DNA of 63,557 bases, counting the filler. It is 9 parts of 9 records of this genome, joined end to end, with 100 filler letters (N's around TTAATTAATTAA, not from the genome) between each part and the next. Parts side by side here need not be neighbours in the genome. Positions count along the whole stretch, not along the records: positions 34,684 to 47,454 come from SRR31156797_63294; positions 47,555 to 52,829 come from SRR31156797_63305; 7 more parts are not named here. The stretch is one strand, 5' to 3'. The translations under genes were made by a program, and so were the position numbers. This document shows positions 41,503 to 51,199 of this stretch, one piece after another; the stretch's first letter is position 1; every line of letters begins with the position of its first letter. The notes under the pieces are model-generated. The model had not been told where the DNA came from and did no database searches. It worked only from the letters and a program-made list of their open reading frames with translations.

Positions 41503-44340
41503 TTGGACAAACCACAGACCATCCATTTCATCGGGTGCGGAGTTCTGGCACCGGACATCAACCATATTGCCGACAAACTGGGTTTGTCCCTCAAGAAGAC
41601 CTTTCTGCCCGGCGGTCTCCACAACCGTCCGGACGAGCTTCGCAAACGCCTCCAGCAAGCTATCGACAGGGCCAGCCGAGAGGACGCATGCCGGCGGATC
41701 GTGGTGGGATACGGCCTCTGCGGCCGGGGCACCATCGGTATCAAAGCCCGGGGGATTCCCCTGGTCTTTCCCAGGGTCCATGACTGCATCGCCCTGTTCA
41801 TGGGCAGCGACCTTGCCTACAGGCGAGAGTTTGAAAAATACCCCGGCACGTTTTACATCTCTGCCGGGTGGTACAAGGAAAAAACCGAGGCACAAAAAGG
41901 GAACGCAACCATCTCCATTGGTTCCGAAACCCTTGGCTGTCAGGAATTAAAAGAAAAGTACGGCGATAAAGGGGGAAACGCCATCATCGATTTCTTCTCC
42001 AGCTGGCACGGCAACTACCAGCGGGCCGCCTTTATCGATACCGGCACCGGCAAAACGGAAACAAGTGCCGCCCATGCCCGGAAAATGGCGGAAGAACACG
42101 GATGGGCATACCAGAGAATCCAGGGAGACCTTGGACTTCTGACCCGGCTGCTCACCCGGGAGAACCCTGACGACGAGATCCTGGTGGTGCCCCCCTCCTT
42201 TGTCACCACCTACAGCGCCGTTAAAAACGGGCTCGATTGCGCTCCCCGGACGGACCGGGGCTACCCGGAACAGTCCGGCACACGAACCCTTGTCCTAGGC
42301 GATGGAAAGGCAAAGGGCCTCTCCATCCGCTACGGTCTCGGCATCGATGCCGGCGGCACCTATACGGACGCGGTGATCTATGATTTCAGCACCCAAACCA
42401 TCCTGGACAAGCACAAGGCCCTGACCACCAAGTGGGATTTCTCCATCGGCATCGCCAGGGTGCTTGCGGGGCTTGACGCCGCCCTCCTTGAAAAGACGGA
42501 GCTGGTGTCCGTATCCACCACCCTTGCCACCAATGCCATTGTCGAGGGCGAGGGCCAGAAGACAGGCCTGATCTTCATGACCGGCAGCGGCAATGTGCCG
42601 GACAACCTCATCTCCCACACCCCCCGGTGCAATGTGAAAGGCTATATCAGCATCACCGGCAGGGAGATGGAACCGGTCGACGAAGACGAGATCCGCCGGG
42701 CGGCAAGACAAATGACGGAAAAGGACGGGGTTACGGCCTTTGCCGTGTCCGGCTTCGGGGGTGCCGTCAATCCCGTCCATGAACTTACGGTCAAGCGGAT
42801 CATCCAGGAAGAGACCGGCCTTTCCGTCTGCTGCGGCCACGAGCTCTCGGACCTTCTCAACGTTGTTGTCCGGGCCCAGACCGCGGTGCTCAATGCCCGC
42901 ATCATTCCCAGGATGGTTAAATTCTTCAGGGAACTCAACCAGGTCCTGGAGAACCGGTCCATCACCGCGCCGGTGATGGTGGTCAAGGGAGACGGCACCC
43001 TGATGTCGGCGGCCATGGCGGAGGAACGCCCGGTGGAGACCACCCTGTCCGGCCCGGCCGCAAGCGTGGCAGGAGCCAAACGCCTCACCGGCCTCACCGA
43101 TGCCATGGTGGTGGACATGGGCGGCACCACCACGGACACGGCAGCCATCTGTGACGACATGGTGGCGGTATGTGAAAGCGGCGCCAATGTGGGGGGCTTT
43201 GTCACCCATGTGAAGGCCCTTGACATGCGCACCGTGGGCCTTGGGGGCGACAGCCTCATTCGCCTGACCAAAGACGATTGCACCCTGGGGCCGAGAAGGG
43301 TGGCCCCCCTGGTGTGGGCAGACAGCGAAACCGGCCGGGGCATTGGCCCGGCACTGGATTTCCTTGCAACACGCCCCCTGGCCAACAGCGCCCAGACCGT
43401 GCTGGTTGCCATGGAGGGAGAGATGCCCTTTGAACCGACGGAAACCGAGGAGAAGATCTACGCCCTGCTCAGGAAGCGCCCCCATGCGCCCGAGGAGCTG
43501 GCCAGGGCCCTGGATCTCCTCTCGCCCCTGTTTCTTCCCCTGGAACGGCTGGAGGGCAGCGGCCTTGTCCAGCAGTGCGGCCTTACCCCCACAGACCTAT
43601 TGCACGTGAACAGGGAGTTATCCCTCTGGGACCCACAGCCTGCAAAGCGCATGGCCGCAATGATGGCGAATGAAAAAAAGCTTGACCGGACCGAGCTTGT
43701 CGTCCTGCTGCTGAAAAAAATGGAAAAACAGCTGGCCCTGGAGCTGATGAAAAAAGAGATGTTCAACCTCGTTGACGAGGAGGAGATAAACGGGTCTGCC
43801 AACGGGTCTGCCGTTGCCAGACAGTTGATCGACGCCATACTTGGAAAGAACAACGGCCGCTACGCTGTCAATGCCCGGTTGAATCATCCGGTCATCGGCA
43901 TTGGCGCCCCGGTGGGCCACTTCCTGCCCCAGGCGGGAAAACGTCTCAACGCAAGGGTGATCATCCCCCAGGACGCAGATGTGGCCAACGCCCTGGGCGC
44001 CATCACAAGCCATGTCATGATACGGCAGAAGCTGGTCATCCGTCCGGACAGCATGGGCAGATTTGTGGTGGAAGGGGTGACCGGCGATCAGGTATTCAAA
44101 AAGCTCGAAGATGCGGAGGATTGCGCGATAAAGCATCTGCCGGCAAGGGTGAGGGCCATGGCAAGGACGGCGGGCACCGGCAGCGACACCGTAACCATGG
44201 AGATCAAGGACCGGGTGGTGGACACCGGCGGCGGCATCACCCTGTTCCTGGACCGCACCGTCACGGCCACCCTCAAGGGCAGCCCGGACCTGGTCCTGAA
44301 ATCCTCCCGGCAGGGGGAAACGGAAGAGGTTCCTGCCTGA
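41503..44340 (+). CDS. DUF1638 domain fused to a hydantoinase/oxoprolinase A-like protein
   Basis: N-terminal LH..P..L, GYGLCG, DCI; then GIDAGGTYTD, STTLATNA, SGPAAS, DMGGTTTD; TTG start after GGAGGAG. Confidence 0.87.
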   Translation: MDKPQTIHFIGCGVLAPDINHIADKLGLSLKKTFLPGGLHNRPDELRKRLQQAIDRASREDACRRIVVGYGLCGRGTIGIKARGIPLVFPRVHDCIALFMGSDLAYRREFEKYPGTFYISAGWYKEKTEAQKGNATISIGSETLGCQELKEKYGDKGGNAIIDFFSSWHGNYQRAAFIDTGTGKTETSAAHARKMAEEHGWAYQRIQGDLGLLTRLLTRENPDDEILVVPPSFVTTYSAVKNGLDCAPRTDRGYPEQSGTRTLVLGDGKAKGLSIRYGLGIDAGGTYTDAVIYDFSTQTILDKHKALTTKWDFSIGIARVLAGLDAALLEKTELVSVSTTLATNAIVEGEGQKTGLIFMTGSGNVPDNLISHTPRCNVKGYISITGREMEPVDEDEIRRAARQMTEKDGVTAFAVSGFGGAVNPVHELTVKRIIQEETGLSVCCGHELSDLLNVVVRAQTAVLNARIIPRMVKFFRELNQVLENRSITAPVMVVKGDGTLMSAAMAEERPVETTLSGPAASVAGAKRLTGLTDAMVVDMGGTTTDTAAICDDMVAVCESGANVGGFVTHVKALDMRTVGLGGDSLIRLTKDDCTLGPRRVAPLVWADSETGRGIGPALDFLATRPLANSAQTVLVAMEGEMPFEPTETEEKIYALLRKRPHAPEELARALDLLSPLFLPLERLEGSGLVQQCGLTPTDLLHVNRELSLWDPQPAKRMAAMMANEKKLDRTELVVLLLKKMEKQLALELMKKEMFNLVDEEEINGSANGSAVARQLIDAILGKNNGRYAVNARLNHPVIGIGAPVGHFLPQAGKRLNARVIIPQDADVANALGAITSHVMIRQKLVIRPDSMGRFVVEGVTGDQVFKKLEDAEDCAIKHLPARVRAMARTAGTGSDTVTMEIKDRVVDTGGGITLFLDRTVTATLKGSPDLVLKSSRQGETEEVPA

Positions 44341-44508
44341 CAAAGGGGCACAATGAATAATCAAGAGTCTGCTGGATTTTTTCCATGGATTGGAGTATCC
44401 TTTTCGGAATAAATCGAATCGATTATCCGATCAAGCTTGGCTGAGATAGCCACGCACCCCCCATTTACGATATTAACGACAACTCTTTTTCTGGCAGGGA
44501 CCATATTA

Positions 44509-46167
44509 ATGAAACCAAGCTATGAAGAATTAGAAAAAAAAGTTCATGAACTGGAAGAGAAACTGGTTGAGGAAAAGAGGGCCCGGAGAGAGTTGGAGAT
44601 CACCAGGGGAAAGCAGGCAGATGAGGCCCTTCGGGACAGTGAAAAGCGATTTCGAGAACTGATAGATGAGGTGTCGGAAATCTCCATCCAGGGGTATGAT
44701 GAAGGGCGCCGGGTGACCTTCTGGAACCATGCCAGTGAAAAGATATATGGCTATACCGAACAGGAGGCCCTGGGCAGGAGGCTCGAGGAGCTCATTGTCC
44801 CGGATGCCATGCGCGACGATGTTATAATGCTCCATCGCCGGTGGGTGACAGCCGGGGAGAGGATTCCGGCGGGCACCCTCTGTCTCAGGAACAAAGCGGG
44901 AAGGGATGTGCACGTTTTCTCATCCCATGTGATGCATGAAACCCGGCATGGCAAGGAGATGTTCTGCATCGATGTGGACCTCACCCCCATCCGCGAGATG
45001 GAAAAAGAAAAAGAGGAACTCCAGGCCCAGCTCCAGCAGACCCAGAGAATGGAGTCCATGGGTACCCTTGCCGGCGGTATCGCCCACGATTTCAACAATA
45101 TCCTTTTTCCCATCCTGGGATACACGGAAATCCTGCTGGAGGATGTGCCCGGGGACAGTCCCCTTCGCAAGAGCCTACTTGAAATCCAGGCCGGGGCCCT
45201 TCGGGCAAGCGACCTGGTGAAACAGATCCTGACCTTTTCCCGCCAGGAGAACCACACATCCAAACCCATGAAGGCCCAGCCCGTGATCAAGGAGGCCCTG
45301 CAGCTGATTCGCTCCACCATCCCCGCGACCATTGCCATCAAACAGGATATCAGGACCGATTGCGGCATTATCCATGGGGATCCCACCCGGATTCACCAGA
45401 TCGTCATGAACCTCACCACCAACGCATACCATGCCATGGATGACGGAGTGATAACGGTGAGTTACAAGGAAGTGGCGCTTGACAAACCGGATACGGTGCC
45501 CATGGAAGTGAAACCCGGGGTATATGCCTGCCTGACGGTGGCGGATACGGGAACCGGCATGCCCCGGGAAGTGAAGGAAAAAATCTTCTTCCCCTTTTTC
45601 ACAACCAAAAAAAAGGGGAAAGGAACCGGAATGGGGCTTTCCGTGGTTCACGGCATTGTCAAAAGCATGCATGGCGGAATTCGTGTGGACAGCGAGGTTG
45701 GCAGGGGAACCGAGATCCATATCTACCTCCCCGTGGTGAACAGGCATACCGAAAAACAACCGGCCACGCCCAGTCGTTCCGTCAAGATGGGCTCAGAACA
45801 CATTCTGCTTGTGGATGATGAAGAGGCCATCATCTCCATGGAGAAAACCATGTTATCCCGACTGGGATATCAGGTCACCGCCCGCACCAGCAGCGTCGAA
45901 GCCCTGGAGGCCTTTCGCTCCGCCCCCCACCGGTTTGACCTGGTGATCACGGATATGGCCATGCCCAATATGTCCGGAGAGAAGCTGTCGGCGGCCCTCA
46001 TCGCTGTACGCCCGAATATTCCGGTGCTGCTTTGCACCGGGTTCAGCGAAGAACTGTCCGATGAAAAAACACAAAAACCGGGCATCAGGGGGATTCTCCT
46101 GAAACCCATCGTGATGAAGGATCTCTCCTGGAAGATCCGTGAAATACTGGACAACCGCATGGAATAG
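44509..46167 (+). CDS. PAS-domain hybrid sensor histidine kinase / receiver
   Basis: [25 protein letters not shown], receiver LVDDE/DMAMP. Confidence 0.93.
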   Translation: MKPSYEELEKKVHELEEKLVEEKRARRELEITRGKQADEALRDSEKRFRELIDEVSEISIQGYDEGRRVTFWNHASEKIYGYTEQEALGRRLEELIVPDAMRDDVIMLHRRWVTAGERIPAGTLCLRNKAGRDVHVFSSHVMHETRHGKEMFCIDVDLTPIREMEKEKEELQAQLQQTQRMESMGTLAGGIAHDFNNILFPILGYTEILLEDVPGDSPLRKSLLEIQAGALRASDLVKQILTFSRQENHTSKPMKAQPVIKEALQLIRSTIPATIAIKQDIRTDCGIIHGDPTRIHQIVMNLTTNAYHAMDDGVITVSYKEVALDKPDTVPMEVKPGVYACLTVADTGTGMPREVKEKIFFPFFTTKKKGKGTGMGLSVVHGIVKSMHGGIRVDSEVGRGTEIHIYLPVVNRHTEKQPATPSRSVKMGSEHILLVDDEEAIISMEKTMLSRLGYQVTARTSSVEALEAFRSAPHRFDLVITDMAMPNMSGEKLSAALIAVRPNIPVLLCTGFSEELSDEKTQKPGIRGILLKPIVMKDLSWKIREILDNRME

Positions 46168-46253
46168 AATGCTCTCCCTTTTGAGTATAAGCCAAAGGAG
46201 GCCGTAGAAACGCCCCCCTGGTTGGCAACGCTGGAATTAGCGCCCAAAGAGAT

Positions 46254-46922
46254 TTAGAGCTCCCAGGGTCTCTTTCCCCGTCTCAGGGCCAGGGGAGGTT
46301 CAAGGATCTCCGACCAGACAACGGCATTGCGGATCTTCCGCCTTGACCGGGCCTGGTCCCGTAAACACCGGGAACGGTGCCGGGCACCGGGATGTTTATC
46401 CGGGGGCACATGGTCGAAGGGCTGCACAACCAGGCCCGGTTCCGGTTCGGGGACAGGCTCTCCCGGTGGCGTTTCCATGGGCACTTCATGGTACTCAAAG
46501 AACGGCGCCCCATCCATGGAGGGTTCCTCCAGGCCCTGGGTCCTTGCCCTTTCAAGCTCCTCCCGGAACTGCTGTTCCATCTCGGCAAAAAACCGCCTCA
46601 CCCTCTCCCCAATCACGGAAAGGAGCTTTGGTGCGGGACGATCAAATTTGACTACCGGTTTGGGTGCGGCCCGGTCGATGCCGGCGGCGGGCTTGGCAGC
46701 CGGCTTTGGAGGGGCCTGTTCGGGGCGGACGACGGGCTTTGGGGCGGCCTGCTCAGGGCTGACAGCAGGCTTTTGAAGCGCCGTTTCCCGGGATTCACCC
46801 TTGGGCGCCCCCTTGGAAGCGGCCTTTTTCCGGTAATCGGACTTGATTTTCCGATGCTTTACAAACACCAGTGCCACATAGATGAGCAGAACAAGAATGG
46901 GAAGAATATCCTCATACTTCAC
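46254..46922 (-). CDS. Single-TM Pro/Ala-rich protein downstream of floA (YqfB-like)
   Basis: N-terminal TM helix, APKP repeats, C-terminal AVVWSEILEPP motif. Confidence 0.7.
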   Translation of the reverse strand: MKYEDILPILVLLIYVALVFVKHRKIKSDYRKKAASKGAPKGESRETALQKPAVSPEQAAPKPVVRPEQAPPKPAAKPAAGIDRAAPKPVVKFDRPAPKLLSVIGERVRRFFAEMEQQFREELERARTQGLEEPSMDGAPFFEYHEVPMETPPGEPVPEPEPGLVVQPFDHVPPDKHPGARHRSRCLRDQARSRRKIRNAVVWSEILEPPLALRRGKRPWEL

Positions 46923-46946
46923 GGCAGTCTCCTGGTTCGTTACAGG

Positions 46947-47454
46947 TTATGTTCTGGGCTGATCGGAGTCATCCACACCGGGGGTGGCGATGGCATCCCT
47001 CATATCAGTATCGGCAACGATGTTTCGCATGCGGTAATAATCCATGATGCCCATGTTGCCCTCCCGGAACGCCTCGGCCATGGCCAGGGGAACCTGGGCC
47101 TCGGCCTCCACCACCTTGGCCTTCATCTCCTGGACCCTGGCCTTCATCTCCTGCTCCCTGGCAAAGGCCATGGCACGGCGCTCCTCGGCCTTTGCCTGGG
47201 CGATCTTCTTGTCCGCCTCCGCCCGGTCCGTCTCAAGCTCGGCACCGATATTCTTTCCCACATCCACGTCGGCGATATCGATGGAAAGGATCTCATAGGC
47301 GGTTCCAGAATCAAGGCCCTTGGAGAGAACGGTCTTGGAAATGAGGTCGGGGTTCTCCAGAACCATCTTGTGGGAATTGGCCGACCCGATGGTGGTGACA
47401 ATGCCCTCCCCCACCCTGGCCAGAATGGTCTCTTCCCCGGCCCCGCCCACCAGG
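46947..47454 (-). CDS. floA: Flotillin-like protein FloA (YqfA), 5' truncated
   Basis: [42 protein letters not shown]...ADTDMR. Confidence 0.93.
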
Positions 47455-47609
47455 NNNNNNNNNNNNNNNNNNNNNNNNNNNNNNNNNNNNNNNNNNNNTT
47501 AATTAATTAANNNNNNNNNNNNNNNNNNNNNNNNNNNNNNNNNNNNNNNNNNNNCCGAAACACAAAATTTTCAGGCAGTCCCTTGATGTCTTATAATATG
47601 ATTAGTGTT

Positions 47610-48050
47610 TTAATAGTATTTAGATGATGTAGTTCTGCTTGTGCTTTCTGTGTCATCATCGTCATAGGCATAGTAATAAGTAACAAGTTTGTAGTAGTAA
47701 CCACTTGCCACATAGTAGAGTTTGTTGAGAGAACAGGTATAACTACTGCTGTCATTTGCCCAGTGTTTAACAGTAACCCAGCTACCATTCTCTAATCTCT
47801 TTAAGTATGTAGATATTCTGCAACCGTCTACGCTAGGTACACATAGTAAGCTATTTTTAACTGTTACGCCCCCCATAGAGCTAATAGAGATTGAAGAACT
47901 AGCTGAAGTTATGTAAGTGAATTTCGCACCATTATTAGAAACAAACTCAATCGGTGCTTTTTCTGTCGAACTAGTATCTACAGCATATACCGGAGTACAA
48001 AATGCTATCAAAGTAATTAGTGTTAAGGCTAGAATTGAAATCTTTTTCAT
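47610..48050 (-). CDS. Small secreted protein
   Basis: Signal peptide MKKISIL...VYA, beta-rich mature part, AAAGGGG SD. Confidence 0.8.
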   Translation of the reverse strand: MKKISILALTLITLIAFCTPVYAVDTSSTEKAPIEFVSNNGAKFTYITSASSSISISSMGGVTVKNSLLCVPSVDGCRISTYLKRLENGSWVTVKHWANDSSSYTCSLNKLYYVASGYYYKLVTYYYAYDDDDTESTSRTTSSKYY

Positions 48051-48098
48051 CTAAGATTCCCCTTTCGTTTATCTTTTGTGGTAGTCCCCACATAAGAA

Positions 48099-48125
48099 TA
48101 ACGAAGGAATCATAAAAACGTTGCA
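48099..48125 (-). promoter_or_regulatory. ECF sigma promoter, copy 1
   Basis: TGCAAC-16 nt-CGTTA (tgcaacgtttttatgattccttcgttatt). Confidence 0.7.
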
Positions 48126-48126
48126 G

Positions 48127-48873
48127 TTATTTCATATTTTCTATGATTTTTTCTAGTTCTTCTTTATGATAATTTGATGAAAGCATGTAACCATGAGTAT
48201 CATCATATATTATGTAAGTATATCTGTCATCTTTGAACGCTATAAAACAATGATAGTTACCTACTTGCTTTTCACTAGTTTCAGCATATTCTGTATCGAT
48301 TGTAATATCAACAATTTCGAAACCTTCAATATAAATATAGTATTCATCATATTCAAGCAATAATAGGTTTTGAGTGTTTTCATCATTGTTCTCTGCAATC
48401 CTAAAACCATCGGGAACATATCCAAGCATATGATAAATATTATTCTCAGGAAGTCCTGTGTTTTCCATAAATGAAAAGTCAGTTTTAATATCAAATACAT
48501 CGACATAAACATTAAGAAATCTGATACGTGCTGCTTCCGAAGTAGTTACTGTAACTATAGATAGTATTAATAGAAATACTATAAAAGCACTTACTTTCAT
48601 TGCAAATGATTTAACTTGGGCGAACACTTTCTTTCTATCGTCTTTAGTATCCTTTTTATCTAAATCGTTAAAGAATCTTTTCATGTTTAGACGATGTTCA
48701 TCAGAAAAAGTTATAGCAGCTTTCTCTTCATCTGTTATTGTTGTGTTCATGTTCTTTACATACTCATGACAGCCGGCAAATATGATTGCATCAAGAAGTC
48801 TGTCTTCAACTTCTTCGTCAGTATACAATATTTCCGAATATTCATCATTTTTCATCATTAAATCCCTTTTCAC
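48127..48873 (-). CDS. Putative anti-sigma factor (DUF4367-like)
   Basis: FSDEH...M motif, single TM helix, EAAR..F, YVPDGF, DTE; overlaps the sigma stop; start may be MMKND. Confidence 0.8.
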   Translation of the reverse strand: MKRDLMMKNDEYSEILYTDEEVEDRLLDAIIFAGCHEYVKNMNTTITDEEKAAITFSDEHRLNMKRFFNDLDKKDTKDDRKKVFAQVKSFAMKVSAFIVFLLILSIVTVTTSEAARIRFLNVYVDVFDIKTDFSFMENTGLPENNIYHMLGYVPDGFRIAENNDENTQNLLLLEYDEYYIYIEGFEIVDITIDTEYAETSEKQVGNYHCFIAFKDDRYTYIIYDDTHGYMLSSNYHKEELEKIIENMK

Positions 48874-49414
48874 TGCGTATTTTCGCTAATTTTTTTCTTA
48901 ATCTAAAAATAGTCGACCTTGCAGTATTCTCATTTTCTATCCCATACTTTCTACATATCTCTTTATAACTTTTATTATAGTAGTACTTGTCAACAAACAT
49001 TTTAATCTCGTTAGGCTCAAGACACTGTATTACATCAGAAGCAGATTGTAGCATCTCTTGTCTATCAAGTAATTCATCTGCAGACAAGTCATTTGCCCTA
49101 ATTTGATATCCTGCATCATCCATTGAAATGTTCTTGTTTAGTTCAATACTGTTTTTTCTACAATAGTCTATAGAAAGGTTTTTCACTATAGTAACGAGAT
49201 AAGCACGCCTTTCGTTGCATGAAAATTTAATTATTTTTGTTAAATTATTTCTAACACGAAAAAAACTATCTTGAATAATGTCCTCTGCGGTGCTTACATC
49301 ATGAACATATTTCATTGCTATGGCTTTCATTAAATGCATATTTTCTAAGTAAATATTCTCTATCTGAGCTTTTCGCTCATCATCTAAGCCAATGGTGAGT
49401 AAAAATAAAAACAT
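48845..49414 (-). CDS. ECF family RNA polymerase sigma factor
   Basis: AEDIIQDSF, YLVTIVKNLSIDY, SYKEI...TARSTIFRLRKKL. Confidence 0.92.
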   Translation of the reverse strand: MFLFLLTIGLDDERKAQIENIYLENMHLMKAIAMKYVHDVSTAEDIIQDSFFRVRNNLTKIIKFSCNERRAYLVTIVKNLSIDYCRKNSIELNKNISMDDAGYQIRANDLSADELLDRQEMLQSASDVIQCLEPNEIKMFVDKYYYNKSYKEICRKYGIENENTARSTIFRLRKKLAKIRSEKGFNDEK

Positions 49415-49610
49415 CTATATCATCCTTTTCTATCCTATATCCCTGTTTTCTCTTATTTATATATATATTTAGTGTATATATTTATCGCAAATAGTTTTCT
49501 GTCCAACACATATATTAACATTAATTAAATATATTTACTACAAATATTTGTAAATTAATAGATATTGGTTACATAATTACATTGTAAAATATAAAATAAG
49601 GAAGTACTAT

Positions 49611-49847
49611 ATGAATTTTATATTTAAAATAGTGGGATGGCTTGTGTCCGTAATAATATACATATTAATCAGATTAGGGCTAATAATCCCTGTATTATAT
49701 ATGTTGCTTATGTCAACAGTTTGGAATGATTGTATAAATACATCGCAGATGAACAATACACTAGCGTTTATTTGATTAGGTATCATTTGTTTAGGGTGTA
49801 TCATTAATTGGGCTTTTAGAATCAAGAATTACTTACAAAGTGCTTAA
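49611..49847 (+). pseudogene. Small membrane protein gene with an in-frame TGA
   Basis: AAGGAAG SD; 78 hydrophobic codons interrupted by TGA at 49773-49775. Confidence 0.5.
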
Positions 49848-50095
49848 AGAAACAAGGGCTATCTTTCAAGATTGGAAGATAATTCTTTTTTATTACATCA
49901 TTATAATCCTTGTCTTTTTGTGGAGGTCTACTACTGACTTTATAACCCATATGCGATAATAGGCGACCAATGTGTTTACTTGCTCCACGACCAATTTCGT
50001 CATTATCAAGGCATAATATTATTTACTAAAATGTATTTTTAACCTAATGGATGAATGACGAATGAAACAAATAGTAATTATTTACAAATTTTTTT

Positions 50096-50122
50096 TGCAA
50101 CATTTAGATTAATTCTTCGTTA
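50096..50122 (+). promoter_or_regulatory. ECF sigma promoter, copy 2
   Basis: TGCAAC-16 nt-CGTTA (tgcaacatttagattaattcttcgttata). Confidence 0.7.
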
Positions 50123-50300
50123 TATAAGTGAAAAGAAAAATAATGAAAGAGGTGATGTTTAATGATTGTATAAAAAAATCCTTGTAAAAACCAAATGTGT
50201 GAATCCTACAGCTATTGCTGTAGCAGGTATTACAAGGACTAAATATAGTTTATCACAGATTTAATAATTTAATAAAACTACAAATGAAAAGAGGTAAAAA

Positions 50301-51149
50301 ATGAAAAACAACAAGATTTCTAAAAGAATACTGTCATTGGTATTAATAGTGATATTTAGCTTAACCTTTACTACAGTAGCTTCTGCAGATGATTTTAATA
50401 AGGATGATGAATCTCATATCGTTATTATGGATTCAAAAGAAAATGATGCAAAAATGGAAGAAAAGCAGCAAGCTGTAGAAGAATTCTTGAAAAACACAGA
50501 CTTAGAAAAATACACTGATTCTGAGATAGAAGAGTTTATGAAATCAGAAGACGTAAAAGCAGTAGATGTCACAGCATTTTTCTCTAGCGGAAGCAAATCA
50601 TCATATGACTACTATTATGCATACGTACCTTATCATTCACAGTCATACGACTACTATTGTGGTCCAGCAACATGTCAGCAGACAGTTGATAGTTGGAAAT
50701 ATTATGGACATACATCACAAACGCTCCCTACACAATCATTTCTTGCAAGCATGATGGATACAACTACAAGTGGTACTGTATCCTATAAGTACAAATATGT
50801 TTTAAACTATCATTGTAGTAATTATTATGCTTCAGCAGCCATTAATGAAACTTCTGATAAATCAACAATAAAATATGCTGCAATTCTTGGTGGTGTGAAT
50901 AATAAAGCTGTATCATATTTAGTAGTTAAAAACGAATTAGATTATTATGCAGGTACATCGGCAAGTGGTCACTACATATCAGGTAGTGCTATAAAGGACT
51001 ATGACGATTATAGTCAAGATATAGTGTGTCTTAAAGATTGTAATAGTAACTCTTCATATAGTGGTTGGCGCTCTGTAGATTTTAATGATTTATATGGTGC
51101 ACTAGTCGAATACTATGATACAAGAACTCAACATAACATATTCTACTAA
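50301..51149 (+). CDS. Secreted C39-like (papain-fold) cysteine peptidase
   Basis: Signal peptide, acidic pro-region, Q...YCGPA, SGHYI, downstream Asp (LKD). Confidence 0.78.
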   Translation: MKNNKISKRILSLVLIVIFSLTFTTVASADDFNKDDESHIVIMDSKENDAKMEEKQQAVEEFLKNTDLEKYTDSEIEEFMKSEDVKAVDVTAFFSSGSKSSYDYYYAYVPYHSQSYDYYCGPATCQQTVDSWKYYGHTSQTLPTQSFLASMMDTTTSGTVSYKYKYVLNYHCSNYYASAAINETSDKSTIKYAAILGGVNNKAVSYLVVKNELDYYAGTSASGHYISGSAIKDYDDYSQDIVCLKDCNSNSSYSGWRSVDFNDLYGALVEYYDTRTQHNIFY

Positions 51150-51199
51150 AGAATAAAACTGTAAAGGGGATTTATCCCCTTTATGAAAACCAACGAAAC

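Noticed and set aside
34938-47510. Many long antisense or overlapping ORFs in the GC-rich contig (e.g. 40119-41234, 42295-43485, 46377-47510)
   Set aside because: Shadow ORFs of real genes caused by GC-rich codon bias; no recognisable motifs.
49773-49775. In-frame TGA as evidence of recoding or selenocysteine
   Set aside because: Neighbouring genes use TGG for Trp and the sigma gene ends at TGA; a nonsense mutation is simpler.
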